NCBI GenBank assembly: GCA_010015585.1
Contig: ML975154.1
Reading direction: 5' to 3' (one strand)
From: Eremomyces bilateralis CBS 781.70
Lineage: Eukaryota
Length of the DNA stretch: 55,271 nt
Position 1 is the first letter of the stretch. Each line of letters begins with the position of its first letter. Below, piece after piece: positions 1 to 12,886 of this stretch. The position numbers and the translations under genes are program-made. The notes under the pieces are model-generated. The model saw only the letters and a program-made list of their open reading frames with translations. It did not search any database and had not been told where the DNA came from.

Positions 1-30
1 AGTTAACCATCTGCTTCTTTGTGATTACAG

Positions 31-2071
31 GGCGTCTCTGGAGCGGGCAAGACAACACTCCTTGATGTCCTTGCTAGCCGGGTTACCATGGGGGTGATCA
101 GTGGCTCCATGCTGGTCGATGGAAAGCTCAGAGATCGATCTTTCCAGCGCAAGACCGGTTATGTTCAGCAGCAAGATCTCCACCTTCACACTTCAACTGT
201 GCGAGAAGCACTCAATTTCAGTGCTCTTCTGCGCCAACCGGCCCGCTACTCCCGCCAGGAAAAGCTCGACTATGTGGACACGGTTATCACACTTCTCGAC
301 ATGGAAGACTACGCAGACGCTGTCATCGGCGTCCCTGGAGAGGGCCTCAATGTAGAGCAGCGCAAGAGGCTCACGATCGCTGTTGAACTCGCGGCTCGTC
401 CAGATTTGCTCCTTTTTCGTAAGTTATTGCCGCTGATACGGAACATTTGAAGCTAACCTATTGAAGTCGACGAGCCTACTTCTGGATTAGACAGTCAAAC
501 CTCGTGGTCGATCTCCAGCCTGATGAAAAAGCTGACAGGGAGCGGACAAGCCGTCTTATGCACCATTCACCAGCCTTCTGCTGTATTGTTTCAACGATTT
601 GATCGGCTTCTTCTATTAGCCAGCGGGGGTCGAACGGTCTATTTTGGCGAGATTGGCAAAAACTCAAAGGTCTTAGTCGACTATTTCGTCCGCCATGGCG
701 CCCCTGACTGCCTGCCCGGTACCAACCCTGCCGAGTATATGTTAGAAGTGATCGGAGCCGCTCCGGGGGCTCACACTGATATCGACTGGCCCGCTTTGTG
801 GCGTACGAATCCCGAGTACCAGGAAGTCCAACACGAGCTGGTCAGGTTGAGCAATTTTGAAAAAAAGACTGAGCCATCACCAAAAGACGCCTTGGATTTT
901 GAGGAGTTTGCCGCTCCATTCAGTGTCCAGTTCTTGGAAGTAACAAATCGGGTTCTTGGGCAATATTGGCGCAGTCCTTCGTACATATATTCCAAAGCCT
1001 TGTTATCCATCGGAACAGTGAGAAGTCTTCCGTTTTACTTTACCCAGAATCAGTTGGAGCTAATTCTCACAGGTGCTGCTCATCGGTCTTTCTTTCATCA
1101 ACGCGGAAAATACTTCCCGCGGTCTTCAAAATCAAATGTTCGGAGTTTTGATGGTCCTTATGGTTTTCCCACAAATCGTCAATCAGACCATGCCCACGTT
1201 CATATCTCAGCGAACATTATATGAGGCTCGGGAGCGGCCGTCGAAAGCCTATTCCTGGCAGGCGTTTTTCGTGGCGAACATTCTTGTTGAGACCCTTTGG
1301 AATTCGGTATGAAGTTCCTAGTCATCGACTTCGGTTTAAAGCGTGCTGACCTATCACAGCTTATGGCAGTTTTCTGCTTCGTGTGCTGGTACTTCCCAAT
1401 TGGCCTATACCGAAATGCTGCCTATACAGATTCGGTTCACTCACGTGCCATCACTCTCTGTCTTCTTGTCTGGATGTTCCTCGTCTTCAGCAGCACCTTC
1501 ACCTATTTGGTGATAGCTGGGCTTGATAGTGCCGAACTGGGAGGCGTCATTGTTACCCTCCTCTTCATCATGATGTACGCTTTTTGCGGGTAAGTTTGTC
1601 CTAGTTCAAAGTGTTCCTCTCAACGTGTTACTGATTGCCATCGACAGGATTATCGCCCCGCCCAACGAACTCCCAGGCTTCTGGATCTTCATGTACCGGG
1701 TAAATCCGCTCACATATATCGTCGATGGATTCTTGGGCACTGCGTTAGCAAATGCCCCCATGCGCTGCGCCTCGGAGGAGATTATACATTTTATGCCACC
1801 CATCGGACGCACATGCGGCGAGTACCTGACGCAGTACATCGACAATGCGGGCGGTTCTATTCTCAATCCCAATGCTGGGAACAACACCGAATGTCAGTAC
1901 TGCCCTGTTACCGACACGAATAGCTTCCTCACGGCGCTCGGCGTAAGCTTCGATAACAGGTGGATGGATTTCGGCCTGATGTGGGTTTTCTGTGTCTTCA
2001 ACATCGTTGCTGCTCTCGGACTCTACTGGCTAGTTCGAGTTCCCAAAAACAAGAAGGTCAAGAAGGAATAA
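31..2071 (+). CDS. PDR/ABCG-type multidrug ABC transporter, 3' part (NBD2 + TMD2); 5' part lies outside the window
   Basis: Walker [11 protein letters not shown] at 31, then GYVQQQDLH, the PDR signature [42 protein letters not shown] and [16 protein letters not shown] introns at 419-466, 1018-1072, 1307-1359 and 1590-1647 join the ORFs in frame; TAA at 2069-2071. Confidence 0.95.
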
Positions 2072-2925
2072 TTTGGCTGTAGTGTTGGAAATTGTGGGCT
2101 CGACTTTCCGTCTGCCTGGACATCTGCGGTTGTCCATTTGTCATTGTAGATCACACCTTAGGTAGACTACTTGCACTTTATTCGTGCAGTTTTCGATATT
2201 TTAATATAACATTATCAACATAGGTATACAATGAAGCTCCGCCTAGCTCTTAGATGATGAGGACTGAAGCTCACCTCGCTAGCACCTCAGGAGCAGATCT
2301 ACGCCACCACGATTGGTCGAAAGAGCCGGAATGTCCTCACCCGCTCTGCGAGGAGTCGTTGAGCTCCGAGATGCACTTTAAGAACCACGCGGCGCGGGTT
2401 CACAACATTTTCTTGTAACCAAGCTATCTGCTGACCATATAGAGCACTCTAATTCCTTGTGCTCTTGCGCGCCAGTAGTGTACGAACATTCCGTCCATCA
2501 AGTCGAAGTCTCAGCCGTTCTCCCTGTCGACGGTAGCGTTTTGACTGTTCAAAAAGATTCCTCCGATACAGGTCCCAGTGTTCTAATAGTCCGCAGAAAT
2601 GCAGTCGATCGCTATTACCATTGGATATCTACTTACTATTCCTCTTCAGTCAGAACTCGGAATTTACTATCTGAAATACGTTATCCACAGATCCTGACCG
2701 GTGCGGGGCAACGAAGCGTCGAAGCCGAATATCTTGGATGGCGCTGGATATCCCCGCACCAATTCGGATCAACCTTGGTTCAAAATACTATCCGATGTCC
2801 ATCGCGACGTTGCCGGTTCGCTGCCTTGGCGATATGGTACGTATGTCTTGTGACGGCGTCGCTTCAGATTTGCCCAGGCAGTGCGCATCTCGTCTTGTTG
2901 AGCTCATTCTGCAGACTATTCCACC

Positions 2926-4712
2926 ATGTCCACAGTAAATGGCTCCCTTGGAGCAATCGTAAATTGCGACGTTCTGGTCGTAGGAGCAGGTATGTTTTTC
3001 TTTTCGCCCTATAGTTTTCGTCCGCTCATGTCCAAACGCAGGATTCGGCGGCGTGTACGCGATCCACAAGCTTCGCAAGCTGGGCCTGAATGTCAAGTGC
3101 TTCGAGGCCGGATCCGATATTGGGGGCGTGTGGTACTGGAACCGGTATCCAGGAGCTCGTGTCGACTCTGAATTTCCCTTTTACACATTAAGCATCCCCG
3201 AGGTCTACAGCACCTGGAACTGGTCGTCTCGGTTCCCCGATCATAAGGAGCTTCGACAGCATTTTGACCATATTGACAAGGTCTTGGGAATTCGTAAAGA
3301 CACCCAGTTTGATGCTCGAGTGAATAGTGCCACGTGGGACAATGCCAAAGGGAAATGGATTGTAAAGACAGAGGCCGGCCACATGGCCCAGTGCAAATAC
3401 CTGTTTCTCGCTACGGGACTCCTTCACCGAAGACATTACCCAGAGTTTACGGGGCTCTTAAACTACGAGGGCGTTGTCCACCACTCCGGTTTTTGGCCCG
3501 AGGATCTGAGCGTCAAGGGCAAAAAGGTTGCCATCATTGGAGCCGGTGCTACTGCCGTTCAGATCACGCAGGAAGTCGCCAAAGAAGCTGATGCCCTGAC
3601 GGTATTTATGCGGCGGCCGAGCTACTGCATTGCCATGAAGCAGCGCGACATCTCGAAGGAGGAGCAGATGCACCTCAAGGGCTACTATCCTGCCATGTTC
3701 GGGGCGGGCCGCCAATCTGCCGCCGGGTTCCCCATCGCGAGACCAGAGGTCGGCTTTTGGGATCTCTCGCCTGAGGAGCGCAATGCGCACTGGGAAGAGT
3801 CCTGGAGTCGCGGCGCGTTCAACTTTCCCTTGACCAACTTTAAAGAATGCGCCATGGATGCCAAGGCCAACCGCGAGGCATACAATTTTTGGGCGTCCAA
3901 GGTTCGCGCGAGGATGAAGAATGCTGCAAAGACGGAGCTCATGGCACCCACCGAACCGCCGTATTACTTTGGCACCAAGCGTGCTCCGTTGGAGCGGGAC
4001 TATTACGAGATGCTGGACCAGGACCATGTCGATATTGTGCAACTGCAAACGACCCCCTTGAAGACTTTCAATAAGACTGGCATGCTCACAGAAGATGGCG
4101 TACAACGTGATTTTGATATTGTGATTCTCGCCACTGGCTTTGACAGCTTCTCTGGATCGTACGTCTATTACAACGCATCTTGAAGGCTCGATATGAATGC
4201 TGACCGGCGACAGGTTGACGCAAATGGGCCTGAAGGGCAAGGATGGCGTTGACATTAAGGACCTTTGGGAACAGGAGATTGCGAGCTATCTTGGCATGCT
4301 AATCCACGGCTTCCCCAATGCCTTTATGGTGTATAGCCCGCAAGGTATATTTACTGACCTGCGTATTGGTGCGGAGCTAACCGTTTGAGTAGCGCCCACG
4401 GCCTTTTCCAACGGCCCAACCATCCTCGAGTGCCAGGTAGACTTTATCGTTGACGTCATTGCCCGCGCGGAAGCCGAAGGCGCACGATCGGTCGAAGCAG
4501 AGAAGACGGCACAGGATGAGTGGAGGGACTTGATTGAGCGCATGTGCGAGAATTTGCTGGTGCGCTTTACAGACTCGTGGTGGAATGGTGGCAACGTAGC
4601 TGGGAGGAAGACGCAGATGCTTACGTTCCCCGCCGGCATCGACCTCTATGAGAAGATGTGCAGACAGAAGCTGGAGAACTGGGACGGTTTCAAGGTTGAG
4701 CATCTGAACTAA
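2926..4712 (+). CDS. Baeyer-Villiger / cyclohexanone-type flavin monooxygenase
   Basis: Rossmann motif VVGAGFGG across intron 2990-3041, GGVWYWNRYPGARVD, fingerprint YEGVVHHSGFWP (FxGxxxHxxxWP with Y for F), second Rossmann IIGAGATA and ATGFD. Further introns at 4159-4213 and 4345-4392. Confidence 0.93.
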
Positions 4713-4759
4713 GAGCAAGTAGGTCCTTATCATCAATAACTACTATATCCATATACCTA

Positions 4760-6404
4760 ACGTATCCCACAAGCGAGCGGCGCACCCCAACCATAGCAAA
4801 CTACTCACAAGTAGATATCTTTACAACGCCAAATAAAATCAATTATTTTTAATATCTAGTCTATTCTACAGTATCTTGCTGACCTAGAGGATATGATTTA
4901 ATACGATGTCCTACCTCACGGCAGCGTCCACATCGCCTTCGACGCGTCGCAGTCCCGTCCTCTCGGATACGACTTTGACGCATTCCTTGAGAAATTTGGG
5001 ACTCAACGGCGGAATGATTAATTAAATCCTGCCCCTCCCCAATAGTCAAAGACCCTCGCTCCTGAATCCGTTTTTTTTCGTTGTCTTCGTTGTGTTGCGA
5101 GCTTGTTTGCCTTTCGAAGGCTCTCGTTTTCACCCTTCAGAGTCGTGAGCGAATGGACCATCGCCTAGGCGCCCTTGCCGAATTGATCAAGCGCCTCATT
5201 GATTGGCGTAGGCGAGCTATTTTGATGGTTCATTAATATGGCCTTGAATTAGCTTCGATTGAGCCGTCAATTCAATAGCGTTGCTTGGTGTTTTCGTCTC
5301 CCATTGAGCGTCCACAGCGGCTGGAGTCGGAGTCCTTGGTTTGACGTCGAGCTTCGAAATCACGGCTTGTGGATCGTACGGAACTAGCCCTGAACCTCGG
5401 AAGGCCCCATGGATATTATTCTTCGTAAGAGCGGCTTCGTGTGCGGCTTCGAACGCTGGTAGGAACTCGAGTTTGGTGATGTGGTTGATAGAGTTCCGTA
5501 TCAAGTCCTCAATCTGATATCCGTACGCCTTCTTCAGTGGCCCAAAACAACCCACATCAAGCGGCCAGAGGATGTGGGACGCGTGATGAGGCATACGAAG
5601 CGTAATAATGTTCTTCTCTTTGCAGAACCCCTGGAATTAAAGCGAGTTATGGCTCTCGTGCCCATCAATGATCAGGAGACGCCAGCCTCCGGTTGTACGA
5701 GGCTTTGTATGCTTCTCAAAATGCTGTAGCCATTCAAATCCAAGCTCATTCGTAGTCCACCCATTGTCGCTTAGGGTCAAAACCCAATCCTTTGGTATAT
5801 CATCGTTATACCACACTGAGAAATGGTATTGTCCACTGAAGATCACGAAAGGTGGGATAGGCCAGCCTTAAGCGTTGACTCCCTGAACAACCGTGACCCA
5901 TTCGCGATTGCCTGGCTGTATCGCTTTAGGTCGATGGCGTCTCTCAAAGGCTGTGATAACCTTGGCTGTTGCGATAAGGACTATCAGGGAGCCTACTTCG
6001 TCCATGTTATAGATATCGTCCTCATGGGTGCCGTACTTGGCGACAATGTTGCGTACGAGCTCAAACCAGCCCTTCATAATCTCTAGGTCCTCATTCTGGG
6101 CCCTCTGGTAGTCTAACCGTCGATTGAAGCGCATTTTGAGCTCAGGGGTCCTCTTAACAAAGTTTGAGGCCCATTTGACGCCGACGCTTCCGCTATCCCG
6201 AGCACTAAGTAGCTTATTGGCCATATCCTCAACACCACCTAACCGGGGCCCAAATCCTCGCGAATCTAGATCCAAGATACGTTGAATAATAATCCTCTCC
6301 TCTAGATCCGTAAGTTTTCTTGAATTGGGCGTTCAGTCGCGTCGTGAAGGCGCGTCGCCGACGAAGCGTGTTTTCAGCTGCACCGCTCGCTTTGTGGAAT
6401 ATGT
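4760..6404 (-). mobile_element. Fot1/pogo-family (Tc1/mariner, DDE_1) DNA transposon, degenerate and internally deleted
   Basis: Imperfect TIRs ACGTATCCCACAAGCGAGCGGCGC (4760-) and GCACCGCTCGCTTTGTGGAATATGT (-6404), with TA at 4758-59 and 6405-06. Frameshifted transposase pieces: IYNMDE, QPGNREW, SDNGWTTNE, LIIDGHESH, PHHASHILWPLDVGCFGPLK and C-terminal RCGRCREVGH. Confidence 0.92.
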
Positions 6405-7091
6405 TATTTATGAGCAAAGCCCCGCTTAACCCGCGAAGCGTCCTGGTTAGGGAAAAAAGGTTCAGGTTGACCTGAATTTTCTGAAGGCTGTACGAGTTAT
6501 CGAACTCGCCCTTCTATCTAGACTCAAACCCAGTGTGCGTGCCAGAGCCTTGAGGCGACACGTCCACAAGGGCATTCAGTTCTGTTGATCTACCCCTGCG
6601 CCGTCATTTTTGACACCCCGGTGATAGTGATAGGCTTGTTCAGGCACCAACTATATGAGGGTCTTGTGCTGCCAAAGAATTGCCACGCCCCGGACTTGCC
6701 CTACTTCGCAGGGAACGCAGATGCGGATAGGGCATGTAGGGGTGAAGCCGGAGATATAGTGCAAGCCACCTACGAAACCTTGTCCCAAAATTCGACACAC
6801 GACTTCCGAGCGGACAGGACGAACCGTCGGTCGGGGCAGGTAACTCTTCCGCACGAAGCAATTTCATTGGACTAGCTGTTTATGGCCGCTAGATGACCCT
6901 GTGTTGCACGGTGATAGTCGTTTCCCTTGCCTTGCCAACCAGCTGGTTATCTAAGAGGATGCTGCCGCGACGCTTCATCTCGAGCCTCGCAGTGCCCAAC
7001 ATCGCGGGTAGTAGCACGACCTCATTAAACCAGTTATTTACGGCCCATCAGGAAACCGCTTCGGCACATCGAATCCCCGCGTCGCGATATA

Positions 7092-8212
7092 TTAAGTTTG
7101 ACTCAGGCGGTTGAAGAGCCCCAAGCCACTGAACAGGCTAGAGCCGCCGAATAGCGAGCTGAGGCCCGAAGAGCCCGTCGCCGCGCCGCCGTTGTTCATG
7201 CCGGACATCAGCCCGGAGACGGAGCCGGAGCCGACGCTGGAGCCAGTGCTAGGCGCATCGCCAGCACCGCCGGCATCGCCAGCACCGCCGGCATCGCTAG
7301 CACCGCCGGCATCGCTAGCACTGACGGCATCGCCAGCACCGCCGGCACCGCCACGGTAGACGGCCGGGCCAGGGAACCGGTACTGGTTGGCCTTGGACTT
7401 CCAGGTGTCGTAGCTCTGGGCCAGCTCGGGCAGCGAGGATTTGTAGGCGGCCGCGAGGGTGGAACGGGACTGGGACCCGGGCGAGACGCTGCCGCTGCCG
7501 GTGATCTGGAGCTGGGCGCACTCGGGATAGAACTCCGCGGGGGGGAGGGCCAAGTTCTGCGGCGTCAATAAACAGTATTCATGGACTCTTTGAGTAGGGG
7601 GCTCGAGCTCCGCTCGAAGGGTGACTTACGATCAGCTCGTGGCGGATCAGGTAGTTGCCGGGCTTGAGATCGGCGGGGATCGTGACGGTGAGCGAGTTGC
7701 CAGCTTTAATAAGCTTCTGCGTGCCGGCCAGACCGTCCTCGTGGATCTTGAACCACTGGGCCGTGTGGGGATTCGAGAAGCTGGCGCAGTCGCCTGGGCA
7801 CTCGGTCATCCAGACCGACAATGGGCCACCATTATGGGGCCACGGATTCCACTGAGCCTTGATCTGGCCTCCGGCTTTTGCCGGGGCAGTGAACTTCACG
7901 GGCGAACCGGGCGTGTTGCACGCCATTTCGGGGCTAGAAGCGCTGCGGACGGGGCCAAGGCCCGTCCATGGTCGTTGCAGGTTCTGGCCGCCGCGGGGGG
8001 TGGCCTTGAGTCTGGACGCTCCCGATCCAACGGTGGCACTAGAGTTGAACATCATAGTCAACGTCGATTCCCTTGTTAAACAAGGGGGAAGGCAGAGGAA
8101 TGGCTTACGTATCATAGCGGTGCCCATCGATGGTGTACGCGATAACACCACCGTGCGCTGCTACCATAGAGGTAGTCAGCAGCGATAGCACAACAGCAAG
8201 TGATTGGAACAT
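7092..8212 (-). CDS. AA9 (GH61) lytic polysaccharide monooxygenase with a low-complexity C-terminal extension
   Basis: Signal peptide MFQSLAVVLSLLTTSMVAA followed by His1 (HGGV); second brace His in WPHNGGP; WFKIHEDGL; IPADLKPGNYLIRHELI; EFYPECAQL; PGP motif. Introns at 8108-8039 and 7629-7557. Confidence 0.92.
7255..7352 (-). repeat. 18-bp coding tandem repeat (GGAGDA/GGASDA) in the LPMO tail
   Basis: About five copies of GCATCGC(C/T)AGCAC(CGC/TGA)CG on the + strand. Confidence 0.85.
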
Positions 8213-9493
8213 CTTGTCTTGAATTAAAAGAAGGTGGGTGTAACACTGCAGGAAACGAGGACAACTGCACTTACTTACCAGAAAGCACTTACCACCACTT
8301 CGATGCCTCTTTATATATGTTTGTCATTCCCGAATGTTAGATAGGCGTTCACCATCTAACTCATGCAGTCATAGCTTCTTGACAGAAAGGCCAATTTCCG
8401 GACTAGGTGCATGTGGGGGACATATTGCATTCGAGTTGACGTTGACGCTGGGGTACATTTGCGCACCAAGGATCAACAGAACACTGCTAGGGCAGAGAAA
8501 GGCTGCGAAGCTCTATCGCTAATGAGGTTTCATATAAGCATCAAAGCATGTACTGCCTGTCGCTCACGTGGGTAACGATGCAACCTAATGCCTTGCCGAT
8601 GTTCTCCCGGCCCAGGTCTAACACTAGTCGTTTAGGTTTAACTAATTGTTTACCTGGAGTTTGGGAACAGCCGAGTCGATGTTTTGTTGTCCTGCTCCAT
8701 TGACTCGTGGTGGTCGATTAACGTGCACAGTGATGTTCCTAACAAGTAACAACCCCTAGGCCAATTGGCGGCAGCATGATACGAAAGCGCAGGTTCACCG
8801 ACGCTTTACGTAGGAGAGATAGAGGGAACGGATTCGGAAGTAGGCATCTCCTTCGCTTACTCTTAGCATATAGGATGCTCCCATTAGACGAACCCATTCC
8901 GTCACAGCCGCTTGAGATTCGAAAATAGTAGTTACGCCACCCTTCGTTGCTTAGCATTGACGAGCTCCGCCTTTGAGTTCCTTTTGGTCGCGTGCTAAGA
9001 AGTGGGAGACTGCGAGGCTTGATACGATCGAAACTGACGGTACCGGCCAATCCCTGACAAAATCCAGTGCTCGAACTTGAATCGAAGCTAGGCGCTGCCC
9101 AGTCATAACCACATTGACGTTCTGCCATCATGATACATCGCAAGATATAGGATTACCTTGTGTAATATATTCTCCTCCTCGCCTAGCTCGTATTAATGAA
9201 TATAACGCCTACGTAGTCCTTGCTAAGACCCCGTGGTGTTCCATCCAGTAGACGCTCTATGGATATGCCCGCTAGCTGGGATTAACGATGGCACTACCCT
9301 GGCGCTTTGCTCTGTGGCCGTTTACGAGAGAATACGAATATAACACAAGCAACGAACACCTTCTGTGGCCAATCTGCCCGCTCGATGATAATCAAGAACC
9401 CACAGATACCGAGAAATGGCTTCGAAGGAAGCTTTTCTCAGGGCTGGGCTTCCGTATTAGTGTTTTCGTTTATCTATGGGGCTGTTCCACGGC

Positions 9494-12400
9494 TAGAGCT
9501 CCGAAATGAATATCCATAAATGAAAACGAATATGGCCCGTATTCATATTATTCATATGAATATGCCCAATATTCATATTCGTATTCGTATTCATATTATT
9601 CACATATCTCTCCGGGTATTTGTTGTTCCGGGCCGACCCATTTCCTCTTCCCATATAGTTATATGCTATCGTCTTGCTTCTCAATAGACAGATTTGAGTC
9701 CAGTTCCTATGCCAGAACGCACGCAGGTGTTTTTTGCGCTGCTTTAAGCCGTACTATGAATTGCCATGAATTTGGATCCCATATATCCCGTATGTCTACT
9801 ACGTAGTAGGTACGGGGCCCTATTCTATCGTAGGGATAGAGAAATTCAAAGATTGCCTCTCCTTCCCAATATCATTTTTATTCAACTTTCCCCGCAAACT
9901 ACCTCTCAAACGTCAACGCCGCCTAAAACCTCCAAAACCTATTAAATAACTATTAAATTTGCACCGGGAATAAGTTACATGAGTTGACACGTTAATGACG
10001 CGTCAAATCATGTATTCGACTTTCGGTGATAGAGAATGACGGTTTGTTTACTTCAAGCCGCGAATCCTGGATTGTTATGACACGCCTATCGCGTTAACGA
10101 TCCTACATATGCTACCGTTCAATCCTATTTAATAAACAACACTATCGATTTACTTAACATCCATGAAGTCTGGGATCGTGGCAACGAGCGTGATCCTGAT
10201 TTCCTACGCAGCATGGCTCAATCTAGCATCGACTTCTCCCGAAGTACATGAAAAGCCCCTCGCCGGGATTATGCGGAATTAAACAACGGATTGAATGTTA
10301 CTCCCCTAGATCTTTCTCCGGATATTCCTGATAAACTCGAGTCCGAGCCTCAAGAGTCTCCTAGATCATACGAGTCAGTCGTGTCTAATAGCTTAACACC
10401 CTTTGAGTCGGTATCCATATCACAAGTTCACTGCTCTTCGCAACCTCAGCCTCCAAGCTCTGAGCCGTCGACCGGGACTGAGTTAAACACTCTGGCCAGA
10501 CGCCAGATCAGAAAAACAAAGGCACGAACCAGCTGGGCTTTAGAGCACTTTTGGATCAACGTGCTCGAAACTTTATGGGGCCAGCCTCCTAAGAATGATC
10601 GAGTATTTGTGTGCAAGCGTTGTAGTTGGTCCTCGACCGATTCTGCTCGCCATGGATCGACCTCAAACCTCATTACCCACCTCCGTACCCGCCATAGGGT
10701 AAAACGCGACTCGCCGAGCCAGTCGTCAACGTCGATAACCTCCCTCGATCGATTCGTCCGCCTTCCTAAGGCAAGTCCAAGCATTAAGCAAGCATTGATT
10801 CAGTGGGTGGTCCAGACACGGCAGCCATTCACGGTAGTGGAGCATCCTTCATTTCAAACAGTCTTTGAAGCTGTCAATATCAAGCTTCCCGTTAAGAGCG
10901 CGGATACTCTCTATAATCGAATCAAGGATAAGTTCTCTAAAATAAGGAATGCGCTTAAGCAAGACTTGGCACAAAGTTGCCACTCCATTGCGCTGTCGCT
11001 CGATGCTTAGACCTCCGAGAATCAATTACCGATCATAGGTGTGATCGGCCGTTGGATCAACCCAGGCTTCGAAAAGCGAGAAGTCCTCCTAGACTTTGCG
11101 GAAATCCAGGGGCCTCACTCGGGCCAAAACCTAGCCGATTACCTTCTTACCATGGTTCACGAACTGGATATCGCTCCGAAAGTTTTAACCATCACGGGCG
11201 ACAACGCTGGCAATAACGGTACCTTATGTGATGTTCTATATACCGAGCTACTGAAAGAATATAAGGATGCGGATAATGACCTCGGTCTTAAGCCACTGAT
11301 GCGGTTCCATGGCCGGAGAAGCTTCATTCGTTGTTTGGCTCATATTATCAATCTCGTCTGCAAGGAAATTCTAGCAGCTCTAGGATCGAGTTCGATTAGG
11401 GAAGCTAAGGTAGCGTTGGATGAACTAGAACTTCATAAGAACCAGCCCCTCCCAACCACGAGTGAGGAGAAAAGTGCTATTGCTAAGATCCGTCTTCTCG
11501 TCCTCTGGGTTACCCGAAGTCCACAGCGCCGCCAAGATTAGAAGCTCGTCTCTCCGACCAAGCAAATTAACTATGACGTCGATAATCGATGGAACTCAAC
11601 ATATATCATGATCACCGAGGCGATCCGCCTCCGAAGAGAGCTTACACAGTTTATACGCACTCACCCCGACGTGAGAACACTACATCTTGTAGACGCAGAA
11701 TGGTCCACCCTGGAGCGAATTGAGAGGATTCTAAAACCGTTTTGGGAGCATACCAACCACGTTTCAAGGAGTTGTCCGAGCCTTATGGACTGCCTCCCAA
11801 TCTATCAGGCCCTCGATGACCTTCTGGACGAAGTTCACACGGCGAAAGGCGGGTTTGAAGACGTGGGTGTCAACCTTAGAGAGGCGGTGGGAAGAGCGAA
11901 GGGGAAGATGGATAAGTTTACTAAGATGATGGACGATAACATCCTATACTATGTGGTGGCCGTCCTCGATCCGCGTATCAAGACATCCCTGATCGAAGCA
12001 TAGATGAACAAAGAGGGCGCTGAACTAATCGTTTCCGAAGTGCGCGAATTCTTCAAGCAAAAATATCCATTTTACCCTAGTGTACCATTAGAGACGGAAC
12101 GCCCATCAGGTATGCCCGAGTTACTGTGGAAGACACTTAAACGGGTTTAGCCATATCCATGTGCGCAGGCCTCGGACGTCGACCGATACTTGGATTCTGC
12201 TCCGGCTAGCTGGTCGCATCCCTCGTTTGCGGACGGTGACCCTGACTGGGTATTGAAATGGTGGAAAGCAAATGCGCCTGACTTCCCTTGCATGGCTCAA
12301 GCGGCACGCGACTATCTCCCAGTTCCCTCTGCTGAAGTAGGCGTGGAACGTCTTTTTAGTGGTGCGCGAGACGTGTTAGGTCTTAGGAGACACTCTCTGA

Positions 12401-12886
12401 ATGCAGAGACGATGAGGTGGCCTGTACTCCTGAAGGGACACTATAATAACGAATCCTTTCCTAATTGATAGTCTATCCGAGACTCTTCGTGGCCGTTAGG
12501 AATGTATAGAGAACTACCGTGATGGTGATAAACACAGAGTATAGTGGTATACTATGATATCTACTTTCCTTTTCTTTTTCCTTTCTTCTTTGGCGACTTA
12601 TATATCTAATGTATTCAGACTATTAAGCTTTTGATCAAATGAACATCGACAGTATATCTACGCCTTGATTATTATATTGACAGTCCCAAGCACTCCTTGA
12701 CATGTTATAGTAATGAGGCTTTAGATGTTACTATTTCATTTGCCTATATCTATGTGAAGTATTCATGAATATTGCGAATATGAATATAAGGCGTATTCAT
12801 ATTCACATATTCGCCAAGACTTTATTCATATTCACAAATTATTCATATTATTCGTATTATTCGTAGTTATTCGTTTCGGACCTCTA
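9494..12886 (+). mobile_element. hAT-superfamily DNA transposon (about 3.39 kb), inactivated
   Basis: 19-bp TIRs TAGAG(C/G)TCCGAAA(T/C)GAATA at 9494-9512 and 12868-12886 (2 mismatches). Subterminal GAATA/TATTC repeat arrays at about 9506-9604 and 12758-12872. Contains a transposase. Confidence 0.93.
10213..12468 (+). pseudogene. hAT transposase pseudogene (BED zinc finger, DDE core, hATC dimerisation domain), about 751 codons
   Basis: One reading frame with stops at 10249 (TGA) and 11008, 11539, 12001, 12148 (TAG). Motifs CKRC...HLRTRH, LSLDA*TS, TGDNAGNN, RCLAHIINL, NRWNSTY, and WWKAN...PSAEVGVERLFS. Confidence 0.93.

Noticed and set aside
6420..7090. Short ORFs between the Fot1 element and the LPMO
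   Set aside because: Mostly non-ATG starts and no motifs; cannot be supported as genes.
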